From positions 32,001 through 96,000 of the forward strand of contig JBMNIW010000007.1 in NCBI GenBank assembly GCA_050951325.1: a stretch of 64,000 bases of DNA. The letters run 5' to 3'. A program made the position numbers and the translations under genes. Source of the stretch: Clostridia bacterium. Its GTDB lineage: Bacteria; Bacillota; Clostridia; UBA1212; DUPL01. How positions within the stretch are numbered: the first letter of the stretch is position 1; each line of letters starts with the position of its first letter. Below, one piece after another: positions 10,221 to 20,900 of the stretch. The notes under the pieces were generated by a model. The model did not search any database. It was not told the origin of the DNA and was given only the letters and a program-made list of their open reading frames with translations.

Positions 10221-10805
10221 ATGAAAAAGTTGCTGCTTCACATATTTCTTTTAATATTTCTTGTAGGATGTGTAAAAATTGAAGACATAACAGTAGAACC
10301 AACACCCTCACCTACAGTGGTTGAAAATCAGAATGAAGAAAACAAGCAGGAGGAGGGCAAGGTAGTCATAACCATCCCGGGAGCTTTTCTTGCATATCAG
10401 GAGGTCATTGATTTTCTCGTAAGTGTAAATACAAAAGGATATATTGAAAGCATTGAAGAAAACTTGGATGGCTCCATAACCTACATCATTACCAAAGAAA
10501 ACTATATTTATATTCTAAGCTTTCTCAAAGTAAATATTATAAATCTATTTGAAGAACTCAAGACAAGCAGTCAGTATCCGTCCATAAAGGATGTGACATA
10601 CAATGAAGATTTTACGAATATAACTTTTTATGTGGCAAAAAAAGACTATGAAAACAGTAAGGATGAGGTAGCATCCTTTGTCATAGCAGCAAAGAGCATG
10701 GTTTACTCCTTTCTTTCAAACAACAACATTGAAATACCGCCTGTAATTGTCAAGATCAAGGACCATGAGACTAAAGAAATATTAAAATCCATCTCCTGGC
10801 CCTAA
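10221..10805 (+). CDS. Hypothetical lipoprotein
   Basis: AGGAG RBS, lipobox LVGC, EPTPSPT linker. Confidence 0.7.
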   Translation: MKKLLLHIFLLIFLVGCVKIEDITVEPTPSPTVVENQNEENKQEEGKVVITIPGAFLAYQEVIDFLVSVNTKGYIESIEENLDGSITYIITKENYIYILSFLKVNIINLFEELKTSSQYPSIKDVTYNEDFTNITFYVAKKDYENSKDEVASFVIAAKSMVYSFLSNNNIEIPPVIVKIKDHETKEILKSISWP

Positions 10806-13318
10806 TTAAAATATTCGTTTGCACTAACTGCGAAATCACCGTCTGTGAAAACGTCGTTAGTCTTAATCTGCATCTGGATGTACCAAAGATCCTTCATAAG
10901 GTGTTCCCTGTCCCTCTCATCTATGGCAAATTCAACACCGTATTCATACAGGTTCTTGTCATGTTCTTTCATCCAGACGGCGTACCCTCTGATATCCAAT
11001 ATTTTTCCTGCCAGGTAGGCAGAAAAATTCATAACCAAATCCCTGCTGACGGGCATTTTCAGATTTGTGACAAAACACAATCCTCCTGCACTGATATTCT
11101 TCACCAATACCTTCGTATTGCCCACATTCAGCTCCTTTCCCTTAAGCTCAAGAATTGTCATGTCTGCAATCAACAAGTTTTTAAACTCCACCCTGAAATA
11201 CTTTCTTTTGTTCTTGTCAGACACAATTGTTGGCTCTTTTGCTTCCGGCCTTACTACTCTCTTCTTCAATATCTTCCTGAACATGTCTTCAGGAAGAGGC
11301 TTGCTGTAGATGTAACCCTGGCCGGTTTTACACTTCAAGTCCTTGAGAAAAACAAGCTGGGGCATTGTTTCAATACCCTCCGCCACCACTTTCAGACTCA
11401 GTTCATGTGCCATGTTGATTATGTGGCGGGTTATAGTTGTGCTTGCATAGTCGGCGCTCAAGTTTTTAATAAAGGAGCTGTCCATTTTTAAAATATCTAT
11501 GTTAAAAGAACTCAAATACGCCAGCGACGAATATCCCGTACCGAAGTCGTCCAAGGCTATCTGAATGCCCGCTTCGCGCAATCTTTTCAAGTCATTAATG
11601 ACCTTCTCGGTATTAACAAGCAAAATGCTTTCAGTAATCTCTATAATTAAGAGATTAGGGTCGAGAGAATGGTCTTCTATTGTTTTAATAATATTTTCGA
11701 CAAAGCGGGATTCAAAGAACTGGACACTTGATATGTTTACACCAACCTTTACAGGTCTCAAGCCATACGAAATCCACTTCTTTATATCCTCGCATACCTT
11801 TTTAAACACCCATCTTCCAATATTCATGATATAACCGGTTTCTTCGGCAATGGGTATGAATTCCATCGGCGATACCATACCCCAGGTTGGATGATCCCAT
11901 CTGATAAGAGCCTCTGCGGCAATTACCCTGTTGGTCTTCAAATCCATTATGGGCTGGTAGTATACCCTGAACTGGTCATTGTCAATGGCTTTGAGCATGT
12001 CTGCGTGTAATTCAAACTGCTTGTATGTTTGCACGTCAATATCCGAGGAATAGAACTTGTATTTGTTCTTCCCCTCATTCTTTGCCCAAAACAGTGCAAT
12101 TTCAGCATGCTTGATTATACTCTCCGCATCGCTGTTATTCTCGTCAAAAAGGCAGATTCCCATGTTTATAGTAACTTCAATATCATATTTATCCACAGTA
12201 AACGAGTTGCTGAATACATTTATTGCCTTCCTAGCCATGGCCTCATAATCACTTATTGATTCCATGTCTGTGACAATGATGGCATATCTGTCTTCGGAAT
12301 AGCGGCAGATATAGTGGTGTTCTCCAAACACATACTTTAGTCTATGGGAAACCTCCACTAAAAGTTTGTCCCCCACATAATGACCTATCGCATCCAGCAT
12401 TCTGTTAAATCTGTCCACCCTGAGCATCATGGTGGCAAATTTATTATTTTCCTTTTTAGCTTCATTGCAAAGTTTGTTCAGGGTTTCCTTTAGGTGAATC
12501 CGGTTTGGAAGACCGGTAAGTTCGTCATGTGTGGATATGTGATGAACCATTTTCTCCATCTCCACCCTTTTGGTTATGTCTCTGAAAGACACAATAAGAC
12601 CGTTCCGGGACTTCTGGTTCACATTGCGTATGACAAGCTCCAGATATATGTTGTCCCCGTTTTTATTTGTATAAAAAAAGGTGCCTTCAGCCTTTTTCTC
12701 AGAACCTTCCGATACTTTTTCAATCATGTACTTTATTTCAATGGAATTTTCCGTGTTGAAAATATCGAATATGCTCTTTCCAAGCAACTCCGAACCATCA
12801 TAACCGATTACCTCTGACAATGATTCGCTTGCATATTTTATCTGACCTTTATCGTTAACCAGAGCAAACATGTCGCAGGATTCCCTTATCAAAAGCTCGT
12901 ATTTTCTTTTGAGCTTGTCCATACCAATGGAATCTTTGCTCTTTGAAGGAATCTGCTCTATTATACCTATTACCCTTACAGGCTTTTTGTATCTATCGAA
13001 TATGGTGAATGTTCTCTCATTGACGTATTTTAGATTACCCTTTGCCGTTACTATCCTGTACTCAATATTATAATCCTCACCGTTAACCGCACCCTGAAGA
13101 GCATTGTTCACACTATCCTTGTCCTCAGTATGTACAAAGGGCAGAAAGCAAAAAAGATCCTTTGAAACAATCTGGTTCGTTTCAAATATATCAAATATCT
13201 CATTGGACAGCTGGAACTCGCCTGTAACAAAATCCTGAGTCCAGCTGCCTGTTTTCATTAAACGGCGGCTGTTTGTGATCTTCATTCTTTTGTTCTGGCC
13301 TTTTTGCCATAAGAGCAT
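10802..13318 (-). CDS. PAS-PAS-GGDEF(degenerate)-EAL-PilZ c-di-GMP phosphodiesterase
   Basis: HDELTGLPNR, YSEDRY in place of GGDEF, EALIRW, DDFGTGYSS, RKYFR...NISAGG. Confidence 0.88.
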   Translation of the reverse strand: MLLWQKGQNKRMKITNSRRLMKTGSWTQDFVTGEFQLSNEIFDIFETNQIVSKDLFCFLPFVHTEDKDSVNNALQGAVNGEDYNIEYRIVTAKGNLKYVNERTFTIFDRYKKPVRVIGIIEQIPSKSKDSIGMDKLKRKYELLIRESCDMFALVNDKGQIKYASESLSEVIGYDGSELLGKSIFDIFNTENSIEIKYMIEKVSEGSEKKAEGTFFYTNKNGDNIYLELVIRNVNQKSRNGLIVSFRDITKRVEMEKMVHHISTHDELTGLPNRIHLKETLNKLCNEAKKENNKFATMMLRVDRFNRMLDAIGHYVGDKLLVEVSHRLKYVFGEHHYICRYSEDRYAIIVTDMESISDYEAMARKAINVFSNSFTVDKYDIEVTINMGICLFDENNSDAESIIKHAEIALFWAKNEGKNKYKFYSSDIDVQTYKQFELHADMLKAIDNDQFRVYYQPIMDLKTNRVIAAEALIRWDHPTWGMVSPMEFIPIAEETGYIMNIGRWVFKKVCEDIKKWISYGLRPVKVGVNISSVQFFESRFVENIIKTIEDHSLDPNLLIIEITESILLVNTEKVINDLKRLREAGIQIALDDFGTGYSSLAYLSSFNIDILKMDSSFIKNLSADYASTTITRHIINMAHELSLKVVAEGIETMPQLVFLKDLKCKTGQGYIYSKPLPEDMFRKILKKRVVRPEAKEPTIVSDKNKRKYFRVEFKNLLIADMTILELKGKELNVGNTKVLVKNISAGGLCFVTNLKMPVSRDLVMNFSAYLAGKILDIRGYAVWMKEHDKNLYEYGVEFAIDERDREHLMKDLWYIQMQIKTNDVFTDGDFAVSANEYFN

Positions 13319-13399
13319 ATGCTGCTATCTCCTAAACTACTAAATAATCTCATATGCTATATCGACAAACCCAGCCAATTCTTTAGTCTTTTTCAACAA

Positions 13400-14647
13400 T
13401 TAGTCGTGAAAAGAATAAAATCCTCTGACCGTATTGATTATATCCTTGAAATGATCCTCCGGACTCTTTGAATCCCATTCATCAAACCTGCTGAAGGTAT
13501 ATCCACTGGAATTAATGGTCGGAATTTCTTCTGCCTTGAACGGACCAGCAAGACCCGCCATCCAGCCTTTTTCCTTCCATCCTTCACTGTCGGATCTGAA
13601 TCTAAAAAGATAAAACTCATATTTCGAGTCTTCGAATATGTTCATAAGTTCAATCTCATCAGGTTCCCTGCCCAGCTCTGTAGGATAACAAAGCCAGTCC
13701 ACCATGTTCGACTCTGCAAACTTTTCCTGACTTACATACTCCTCAGGAAATAGTTCTAGTCTGTTCATATTGTCAAGGGCGTTGTAAAACCAGTTGCGCA
13801 TCTCGTTGCTCTTTGCAATATCCTCAAAGTGTTCTGCCTCCACTTCACAGTTGTGCTTTAACAAAGAAACAGTTGCAAACATCTTGAGCCTTATATCATT
13901 AATTGACAAAAGCTCATTCAAGCATTTTATAACCCTTATATCCTTAATATACCCTGCAAGATCAAAATGTACGCCTGCATAAGACCTTATTTCAAGATAC
14001 TCCTCATCATCCCACATGGAGCCAGGATAGCTGCCAAAATCATATTCCCTCACTTTATCCGCCATATAAAGAATATCCTTCACTATTTCATTCTTGTATT
14101 CACCCAGATAATCCTCATTGACAAGGCCTTCATTGAAATAGCAGAGCAGCACATGATAAATGTCTCTTGACAAGTACTTGTTGTCTATATACTTCAAAAC
14201 TGCAGGGAATATTAAATCTGCATGCCTTGGCCGCCTGATAAGGTTGCCTGCAGGCAGGCCTCTTAAATCCATATATATCTTCCCTAATAGCTTTACATAC
14301 GCTTCCATAGCCTCCCTGACTTCATATTCTGCAAGGAACAAAAGAATGGAAATCTTTGCAGGAAGACTGACAAAATCAAAGATGCCGACTACCTTGTCAA
14401 CATATTCCCTTTGAGGATACTTTGCAACAATATCTATAAGTCTTGATGAAATGTCAATCCATTCAAATTCAGAAGGCGGAAACTTTTGTTTTGACCAGTC
14501 AAGCAATTTAAGGCCTTCTTTGACCCCGATATCCATTTTCTCTATCTTCTTCAAGGCGTCCTCTCGCCTATCGTAATCTTCGTCGTGTAGTTTGGTTAAT
14601 AATTTGTCAAGTGGATCTTTTTCTTTAAACAAATTAATTATACTCAT
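13400..14647 (-). CDS. Hypothetical helical-repeat (HEAT-like) protein
   Basis: Long ORF with GAGGAGG RBS before MSIINLF; helical pattern; C-terminal WLCYPTELGREPDEIE segment. Confidence 0.6.
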   Translation of the reverse strand: MSIINLFKEKDPLDKLLTKLHDEDYDRREDALKKIEKMDIGVKEGLKLLDWSKQKFPPSEFEWIDISSRLIDIVAKYPQREYVDKVVGIFDFVSLPAKISILLFLAEYEVREAMEAYVKLLGKIYMDLRGLPAGNLIRRPRHADLIFPAVLKYIDNKYLSRDIYHVLLCYFNEGLVNEDYLGEYKNEIVKDILYMADKVREYDFGSYPGSMWDDEEYLEIRSYAGVHFDLAGYIKDIRVIKCLNELLSINDIRLKMFATVSLLKHNCEVEAEHFEDIAKSNEMRNWFYNALDNMNRLELFPEEYVSQEKFAESNMVDWLCYPTELGREPDEIELMNIFEDSKYEFYLFRFRSDSEGWKEKGWMAGLAGPFKAEEIPTINSSGYTFSRFDEWDSKSPEDHFKDIINTVRGFYSFHD

Positions 14648-14753
14648 TGAACCCTCCTCACTTTTGTATATACAATACACAAAAATGTTTGTATCTGCAA
14701 GTATTATTATATATAATCCAGGATGTCATGAAATAAAAAGGAAAGAATGAATA

Positions 14754-15671
14754 ATGGAGAACTTGAAAAAGAAAGCAAAAGAATTGCCTAGTGCACCAGG
14801 GATATATAAATTCCTTGATAAGGATAAGAACATAATATATATCGGTAAAAGCAAGAACCTTAAACAAAGGGTTTCCTCATATTTTCATAAGAAACACAAG
14901 TGGGAAAAGGTAAACAAGATGGTACACCTAATAAATAGTATTGAACACGAAGTGTGCGACACCCATCTTGAAGCAAGGCTGCTTGAATGTCAATTAATCA
15001 AATCCATCAAACCCTGGTTTAACAGCCAGTATAAAAACGACAGAGGATATGTGTATGTGAAAATCGGTGATAATTACAGATACAAACCCTTTTCCATCGT
15101 CTCATCAAGGGTAGATGACTCCTTTGGTCCTTTTAGACGCAGGTACTCCCTTAATGAAACCATGGAAAGAATGCGCCACATTTTCCCCATTTGTGACAAT
15201 TACCAATTCTCATACAACATACTGCCAATTGACATGGACAAGGATACCTTCGATAGAAACAGGCAAACCCTTTTAAAAATATTTGGCAGTGCAAAAGAAA
15301 TGGAAAAATTGATTCTTGCAATTACAAACAAGATGCAATTTTATTCAAATGATATGCAGTATGAAATAGCTGCAAACCTAAGAAATCTTAAAGATGGTTT
15401 AAGTATAATAAACAAGGTGCTTTACAGCCATGAGGATATATTGTCAAAAGATATAATTCTCAAAATTCCCATAAACAGTGGCTACAAACTTTTTTATGTA
15501 AAGTCCGGGTTAGTTGTAAACTGCGGTAATAACAAGGATTTAAATGATTTTTTAGCCGATTCAAAGGATAAAAAAACAGAGTTCTGCGATGAGAAGTCCC
15601 GTATGGATTTTAGGGACATACTCCTTTCAGAGCTTAACACGCTTTCTGAAGAATGCATAATTTACGTATAA
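14754..15671 (+). CDS. UvrC N-terminal/Cho-like GIY-YIG endonuclease
   Basis: PGIYKF, IYIGKSKNLKQRVSSYF, EARLLE, UVR-like YEIAANLRN; no UvrC C-terminal half. Confidence 0.8.
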   Translation: MENLKKKAKELPSAPGIYKFLDKDKNIIYIGKSKNLKQRVSSYFHKKHKWEKVNKMVHLINSIEHEVCDTHLEARLLECQLIKSIKPWFNSQYKNDRGYVYVKIGDNYRYKPFSIVSSRVDDSFGPFRRRYSLNETMERMRHIFPICDNYQFSYNILPIDMDKDTFDRNRQTLLKIFGSAKEMEKLILAITNKMQFYSNDMQYEIAANLRNLKDGLSIINKVLYSHEDILSKDIILKIPINSGYKLFYVKSGLVVNCGNNKDLNDFLADSKDKKTEFCDEKSRMDFRDILLSELNTLSEECIIYV

Positions 15672-15681
15672 AACAAGCTTT

Positions 15682-16758
15682 TTACCTGTTTTTAATCACA
15701 TCAAGACCTTCAAACAAGTACATCTTTTCCTTATGCATCCGGCGGTATTGATCAGGAGTTACCTCCATCTTCTTTTTGAATACCCTGCTAAGATAAACAG
15801 GAGATTTGTAGCCTATCATGTCTGCAATCTGTGCAATGGTATACTCCGTGGTTGCAAACAAATGACATGCTTCTTTAATCCTGACCTCTTGAAGAATGGT
15901 TTTAAAAGGTACTCCTATTGATTCCTTAATCAGCTTGGAAAGATGCGGTTCTGAGTAATTGAAATGTCTTGCTGCATCGGACAGGGATGTGGATTGGTAA
16001 TTCTCCTGTATGTACCTGAGTATCTTCTCTGAAAATTCGCAATTTTCCGCTTCATGAGTCTCATCTTCATTTTCTGCCAGATATTCCAGTATTACCGTAA
16101 GCAAGGAGGCCTTTGTATTTGGATTGTTCTGCCCGTTAAATGCTTCTGAAAAAAGAAGAGCCAATGCACTTCTCAGCATGTTGTTGTGCAGTGCATGGAA
16201 CATGAGGAAGCCTCTTTTATCCATGGAAGGCATATAATAATTCTGTTTTATAAATTTGACTATTCCTTTATCCTGCGACAGTCTCTTGAAAAAACTTTCA
16301 TCAAACAAGGATTTTTTAATAATCACATTAATTAATATACTGTCATCCACCACCTCCAGTTTGTGTTGAACGCCAGGAGCAATTATACATATGTCTGCTT
16401 CCGACATTTTATACAGCTGTCCGTTGATAATGTTGCCTGCTTTCCCTTTCAGAACATATACCATTTCAAAGAAATTATGGTCATGCAGAAGGCATTCCAT
16501 GAATCTGGGATGTTTCCACACAGTTATTTCATCCTGATAAAAGTCGTCAAACAAAGTCATGAAGTCTACTTCCTGCATCATGCCAACAAACGCCCTTTGC
16601 AGCGCAGTATTATTCGAACTTTTGACATAGTCAAAAAGCTTGTCAAGTTCCTCTTTGTTATCCTTGACTTCCCAATACTTCTTACCCAGTTGTTCCATGT
16701 CATCCAAAGGTTCCAAATATGAAAACGTATCAGGAGGTGGAGTATAGATCATGTTCAT
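15682..16758 (-). CDS. AraC-family regulator with cupin sensor domain
   Basis: HDHNFFEMVYV; C-terminal double HTH (IGYKSPVYLSRVFKK...TPDQYR). Confidence 0.9.
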   Translation of the reverse strand: MNMIYTPPPDTFSYLEPLDDMEQLGKKYWEVKDNKEELDKLFDYVKSSNNTALQRAFVGMMQEVDFMTLFDDFYQDEITVWKHPRFMECLLHDHNFFEMVYVLKGKAGNIINGQLYKMSEADICIIAPGVQHKLEVVDDSILINVIIKKSLFDESFFKRLSQDKGIVKFIKQNYYMPSMDKRGFLMFHALHNNMLRSALALLFSEAFNGQNNPNTKASLLTVILEYLAENEDETHEAENCEFSEKILRYIQENYQSTSLSDAARHFNYSEPHLSKLIKESIGVPFKTILQEVRIKEACHLFATTEYTIAQIADMIGYKSPVYLSRVFKKKMEVTPDQYRRMHKEKMYLFEGLDVIKNR

Positions 16759-16810
16759 TCCCCTTTTCTTTATATTTCAATTATAATTCACAATTGACAA
16801 TTTGACAACT

Positions 16811-16875
16811 TAATATCAAAAGTCACATTAACATTACCAAAAGTTTATTCACTTATTTATCCATAATGATATAAT
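16811..16875 (+). promoter_or_regulatory. Candidate AraC-activated promoter of the sugar-binding protein gene
   Basis: CAAAAGT at 16817 and 16838 (21-bp period) upstream of extended -10 TGATATAAT at 16867-16875. Confidence 0.45.
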
Positions 16876-17000
16876 TGCAGTAAGAACAATTGGGCAAATA
16901 AAAGTCCATATTATACATTTAGCAGCCAGCTAATTTTGAAATATAATATAATCAACGTAAAAGGTCAGTCGAGATACATACTTGGAAAGGAGTTTTAATT

Positions 17001-17898
17001 ATGAAAGCTTATAGTTACATAAAAACATTCACCTGTGTTTTCTGCATTCTCATGCTTGTCATACTAATGGGATGCAACAGAAACGATATTCATATAGGAG
17101 ATCTGCCTCCTGAATATCAGGCGAATGTGACGGGCAATATCACAGTATCATATCCCATGCATATATATATCCTGGGGACCCAACCTAATACCTTTCCTTG
17201 AAGGCTGGGGCGGAAAATGGTTTGACGATGTTAACAAGAAAGTCTTGTTTGTAAGTGATGAGAAAGTATTGAAAGGTTTTTCCGAGCTTGTTGGAGTTAT
17301 TGACGACGGTCTTGTACGTCCTGATGGAGTAAGTGGCAACTTCATGTCCAAATATGCAAAACTGAATGTAGAAGACACCGTATTCAGGGCAGGAGTTTTC
17401 CCTGGTCTTTATCAGGCAGGATTGGAATATCAGTCCAAGGGTGTAAACTGGAATATAGCAAACTGGCCACGATTCCCTGTTCATAGAGTAGGAACGGGAG
17501 CCACAGGTTTTGGAGTATACAACAGAACAAAAAGACCCGATACGGCCGCTGCTTTCTGTCTGTTTCTTTTTACAGACGAAGGACAAAGGGCATATCATGA
17601 ACAGGTAGGCGGTTCTGTTCCCCTTACTAAAAACTTGGCTATGGAAGATTTCTGGAGAATACCATGGCCAAAAGACAAAATTAACTACGACGCCTTCATC
17701 AGTTATCCAGAGGCTGATACAGTTGGTAAATTTCAATGCAGATTGCCAGACTCAGTCGCCAGCATAATTTTAAGCAGAATCAACAATGTATTCGAAGCCC
17801 ACCTTTCAGGAAGAACAGACTACAAAGACAGTTTGGGAGAGATTGAGAAACTAGCTACTGAAAAATGGGAGACCCTGTTTGAAGGTGAAAGAACATGA
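17001..17898 (+). pseudogene. ABC sugar-binding lipoprotein with internal deletion and frameshift
   Basis: Lipobox LMGC and NITVSYP in one frame; frame changes at the ATATATATAT tract near 17161 to YISWGPNLIPFLEGWGGKWFD and the SBP C-terminal half. Confidence 0.75.
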
Positions 17899-17925
17899 AT
17901 GAAGGAGCCTTACGGCTCCTTCATT
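17898..17925. terminator. Hairpin between convergent genes
   Basis: AATGAAGGAGCC-ttac-GGCTCCTTCATT. Confidence 0.75.
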
Positions 17926-20900
17926 ATCTTCTCTCTGCAAGTTTTATAGTAATACTTGACTGCCTCTCCAGTTGTTTCAGAGCATCCACAACAGCATCAC
18001 CAACACGGTCTTTAGTACCCTTGTTGTTAAGTCTTTCCAGGTCTCTAAAGAGTACTCTTGAAAACATGGCTCTTAGACGAATATTCTCTTCAAACAAATC
18101 TTTGGAGTCATGAAGAGCTTCAAAAAAGTCGTCTCTTCTGTCATGCTCTATTCCCATAAGAGCGTTTTCCGCATTTGCCTGAGAGGCAAATACTCCAACC
18201 TTCCAGAAATCTTCTTTCTGAGCATCCACATTGGAAGGAATACCGCCATAATATTTATTAAGTATCTTCTGCCCTTCCACAGACTGTGAAAACCCAATCA
18301 GTTTCGCAGCCAGATTCTTCTTTTTGCTTGAATCCACCATGGCAAAACCATGAATAAAGTCCGTATTGCTTGCTCCCACATCTCCTTCAGGGAATTTTGG
18401 CAACGGCAGAATCAATAGATTATTATCCTTTGCAAGTTCTTCAGCATAATTTGCAGGATTCCTCATTAGTTCCTCCTCTGAAAGGAAATACATCCCGTTT
18501 CTGTCAGGTTGACTTGCAAAGGCAAAGGACATTCCGCATTTTGCATTCAAACTGTTCTTGGCATCAAATCCGTTTGCCTGAGCGTATCCTCTATTCAAAA
18601 GCATGAACATACTAGATAAACCTTCAAAGCTTTTGCCCTGTGTAAGGACAAGATCCAAATTATCCTCATCAAACCACTCTCCGCCAAAGCCCCGTACAAA
18701 CTGCATCCATACAAAGGCCTGGTGATATGGCAGATATACTCCGGTGTAGGACTTTGAGTTCTTTTTCTGTGTAAGTGCTTCTACCGTTTCTACAAAATCC
18801 TCATAAGTCCAATTGCTGTCTGGTACCTTGACACCAAGTTCTTCGAAAACGTTCAAGTCACACAATACAACAGCTCTGTCGTAATTGAACGGAACCCACT
18901 GAAGAGAGGTGCCCACCTTTCCTAAAGACAGTGCGGATTCAACCATCTTTTCGCCTTTAATACCGTGTTTTTCAAGGTCTGCAAACTGAGGACCCTTTTC
19001 TTTGCCGTAATATTTTGGATCCCTCATATACTCAAGAGCACTGTCGGCAGGTATTAATACCACATCTCCAGAAAGCTTTGCTGGAAAATCTTTCACAAAC
19101 TCAACCCTTACACCAACACCCTTGTTCTCTTTCTTGAAGGCATCAATGAATTCAACAAGAGTCTCTTTGAGTTTATCCATGTCAGCATCAGGTGAAATAT
19201 CTTCCCTTACAACCAAAGTTATCGTCTTCCTTTTGGAAGCTTCCGTTTCCTCAATTACATTTTCTCCACCTTCTTCAGGTTCCCGTTTTCTTCCGAAAAA
19301 ATGCAGCGATGATGCAATTGCCGCAATAGCAACAAGCAATATGACAGCGGAAATAATAATTCCTTTTTGCTGCATTTTAAGCAATACAACAGCTATTGCA
19401 ACAAGGGCAACAACACCAATGCCTAATGCGCCTATAACTCCGTAATTGATTTTAGAAGCTCTTGTCTCTTCCTTTTCAACAATATTTCCATCTTTCTTTA
19501 CGTATCTGAAGTTGAATCTTGAGTCAGGAGCTGCATCACCCAAATCCATGAACTGCATAACATCGCCCTCAGTGGTGGAGTTATCCGCCCATTTGAAATC
19601 AAAGTTGTCTCTCTTTTCAAGACCAACCAGGTTGTTTGGCACACATATAACCATCCTGTTGCCTTCCACCTTGTACTCTGCCTTGCCAACTTCCTCAAAC
19701 TCCCAACCACCGCCTGCAAATCTCTCTATGGTTGCGTACTTGTCGTCTCTACTTCTGTTGATTATATAATCATAACCTTCCCAACCTGTTTCATGGTTCT
19801 GGTCCACGTCCAGGAAAAGGTTCATCCAGTTCTCTCCGTCATCAAAAACAATATCATTCACACAGGAAACAAAGAAGTATGTCTTGTCATCCAATTTCGA
19901 AACTTTGGCATACTCTATGTCATTTCTTCCTGTATCGTTGGTATAGTGATAAGTTCCTGTAACGGATCTGTGGTTCCTGTGGGTGATGTCGTGCGTTATG
20001 TCTCTAAACTCAGGTTGAACCTTGCCCCACTTGTCCAAATCAACAGAAAGTCCCATATCATGGCTGCCTTCACCCAAAGGCAGTTCATCCATGCCCTTGA
20101 AAAGCCTTATGTAGTGGCAGAGTTGGTAGTAGAAATTGTCTCCAAAGAAACCATCAATAGGCTCAATATCCCTTGAGAATTCCACACTGAAACAGTCCAC
20201 AAAAACTTTACCAAATTGAAGGTCACCTACTACTGTGCTGTAAGTGCCTGCCACAGGCCATGATGGTGTATTGGAAGTTACCTCTGACCCTCCGTTTGTA
20301 AACTCGTTCCACCCTGTAACCATTATGACTTTTGGATCAAGCTCAAGGGCTCTTTCCCACTGTTCCTTGAAAGCAAGACCGTATTTCGTCTCTTCAAGAG
20401 AATATCCAAAGTCCTTCTTTCCATTTGATATCTGCTCTCCCTGTACAAAGCTTCTCCCTCTTGATGTGGAAGCGTGAAAACCTGCGGATACTGCCACCTG
20501 CTCTATTTCCCCACTTTTATTCTTACCGGGAACCTGAGGCCATTCTGCAATCCAGGGCCACCTGTCAACACCACCGTCATCTTCCGTCCATGTGTTGAAA
20601 GCCCAGCTGCGCTTGATTGTAAAGAAATCCTTCTGCTCGCCGCTTATATTTTTCGGGTTTCCAAAGATTAATGGTTTTCCTTCCCACATAAACCATAAAT
20701 TCTTGTATTTTCCTGGAGCATATATCTCCGACCATAAAACACCCAAATGGCTTTGCATCCTTTCAGGAGCATCGCCACAGTGGAAAACTATCTGGGGAGT
20801 GACTCCACCCTCGTCCCTTATCCCCTGCCATACTCTGAACAAAGTCTTCCAGGCAGACTGATACATATTTGGATTGGTTATGTCAAGGAACACAAAATCA

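Noticed and set aside
14670-14753. LexA box upstream of the Cho-like nuclease
   Set aside because: Best candidate does not match GAAC-N4-GTTC well enough
13400-15671. HEAT-like protein plus GIY-YIG nuclease as an anti-phage system
   Set aside because: Genes are divergent, the nuclease looks like an ordinary UvrC/Cho repair protein, and there is no defence-island context
17161-17170. (AT)5 tract as a phase-variation switch
   Set aside because: Restoring the frame would still leave about 160 aa missing, and the tract is short
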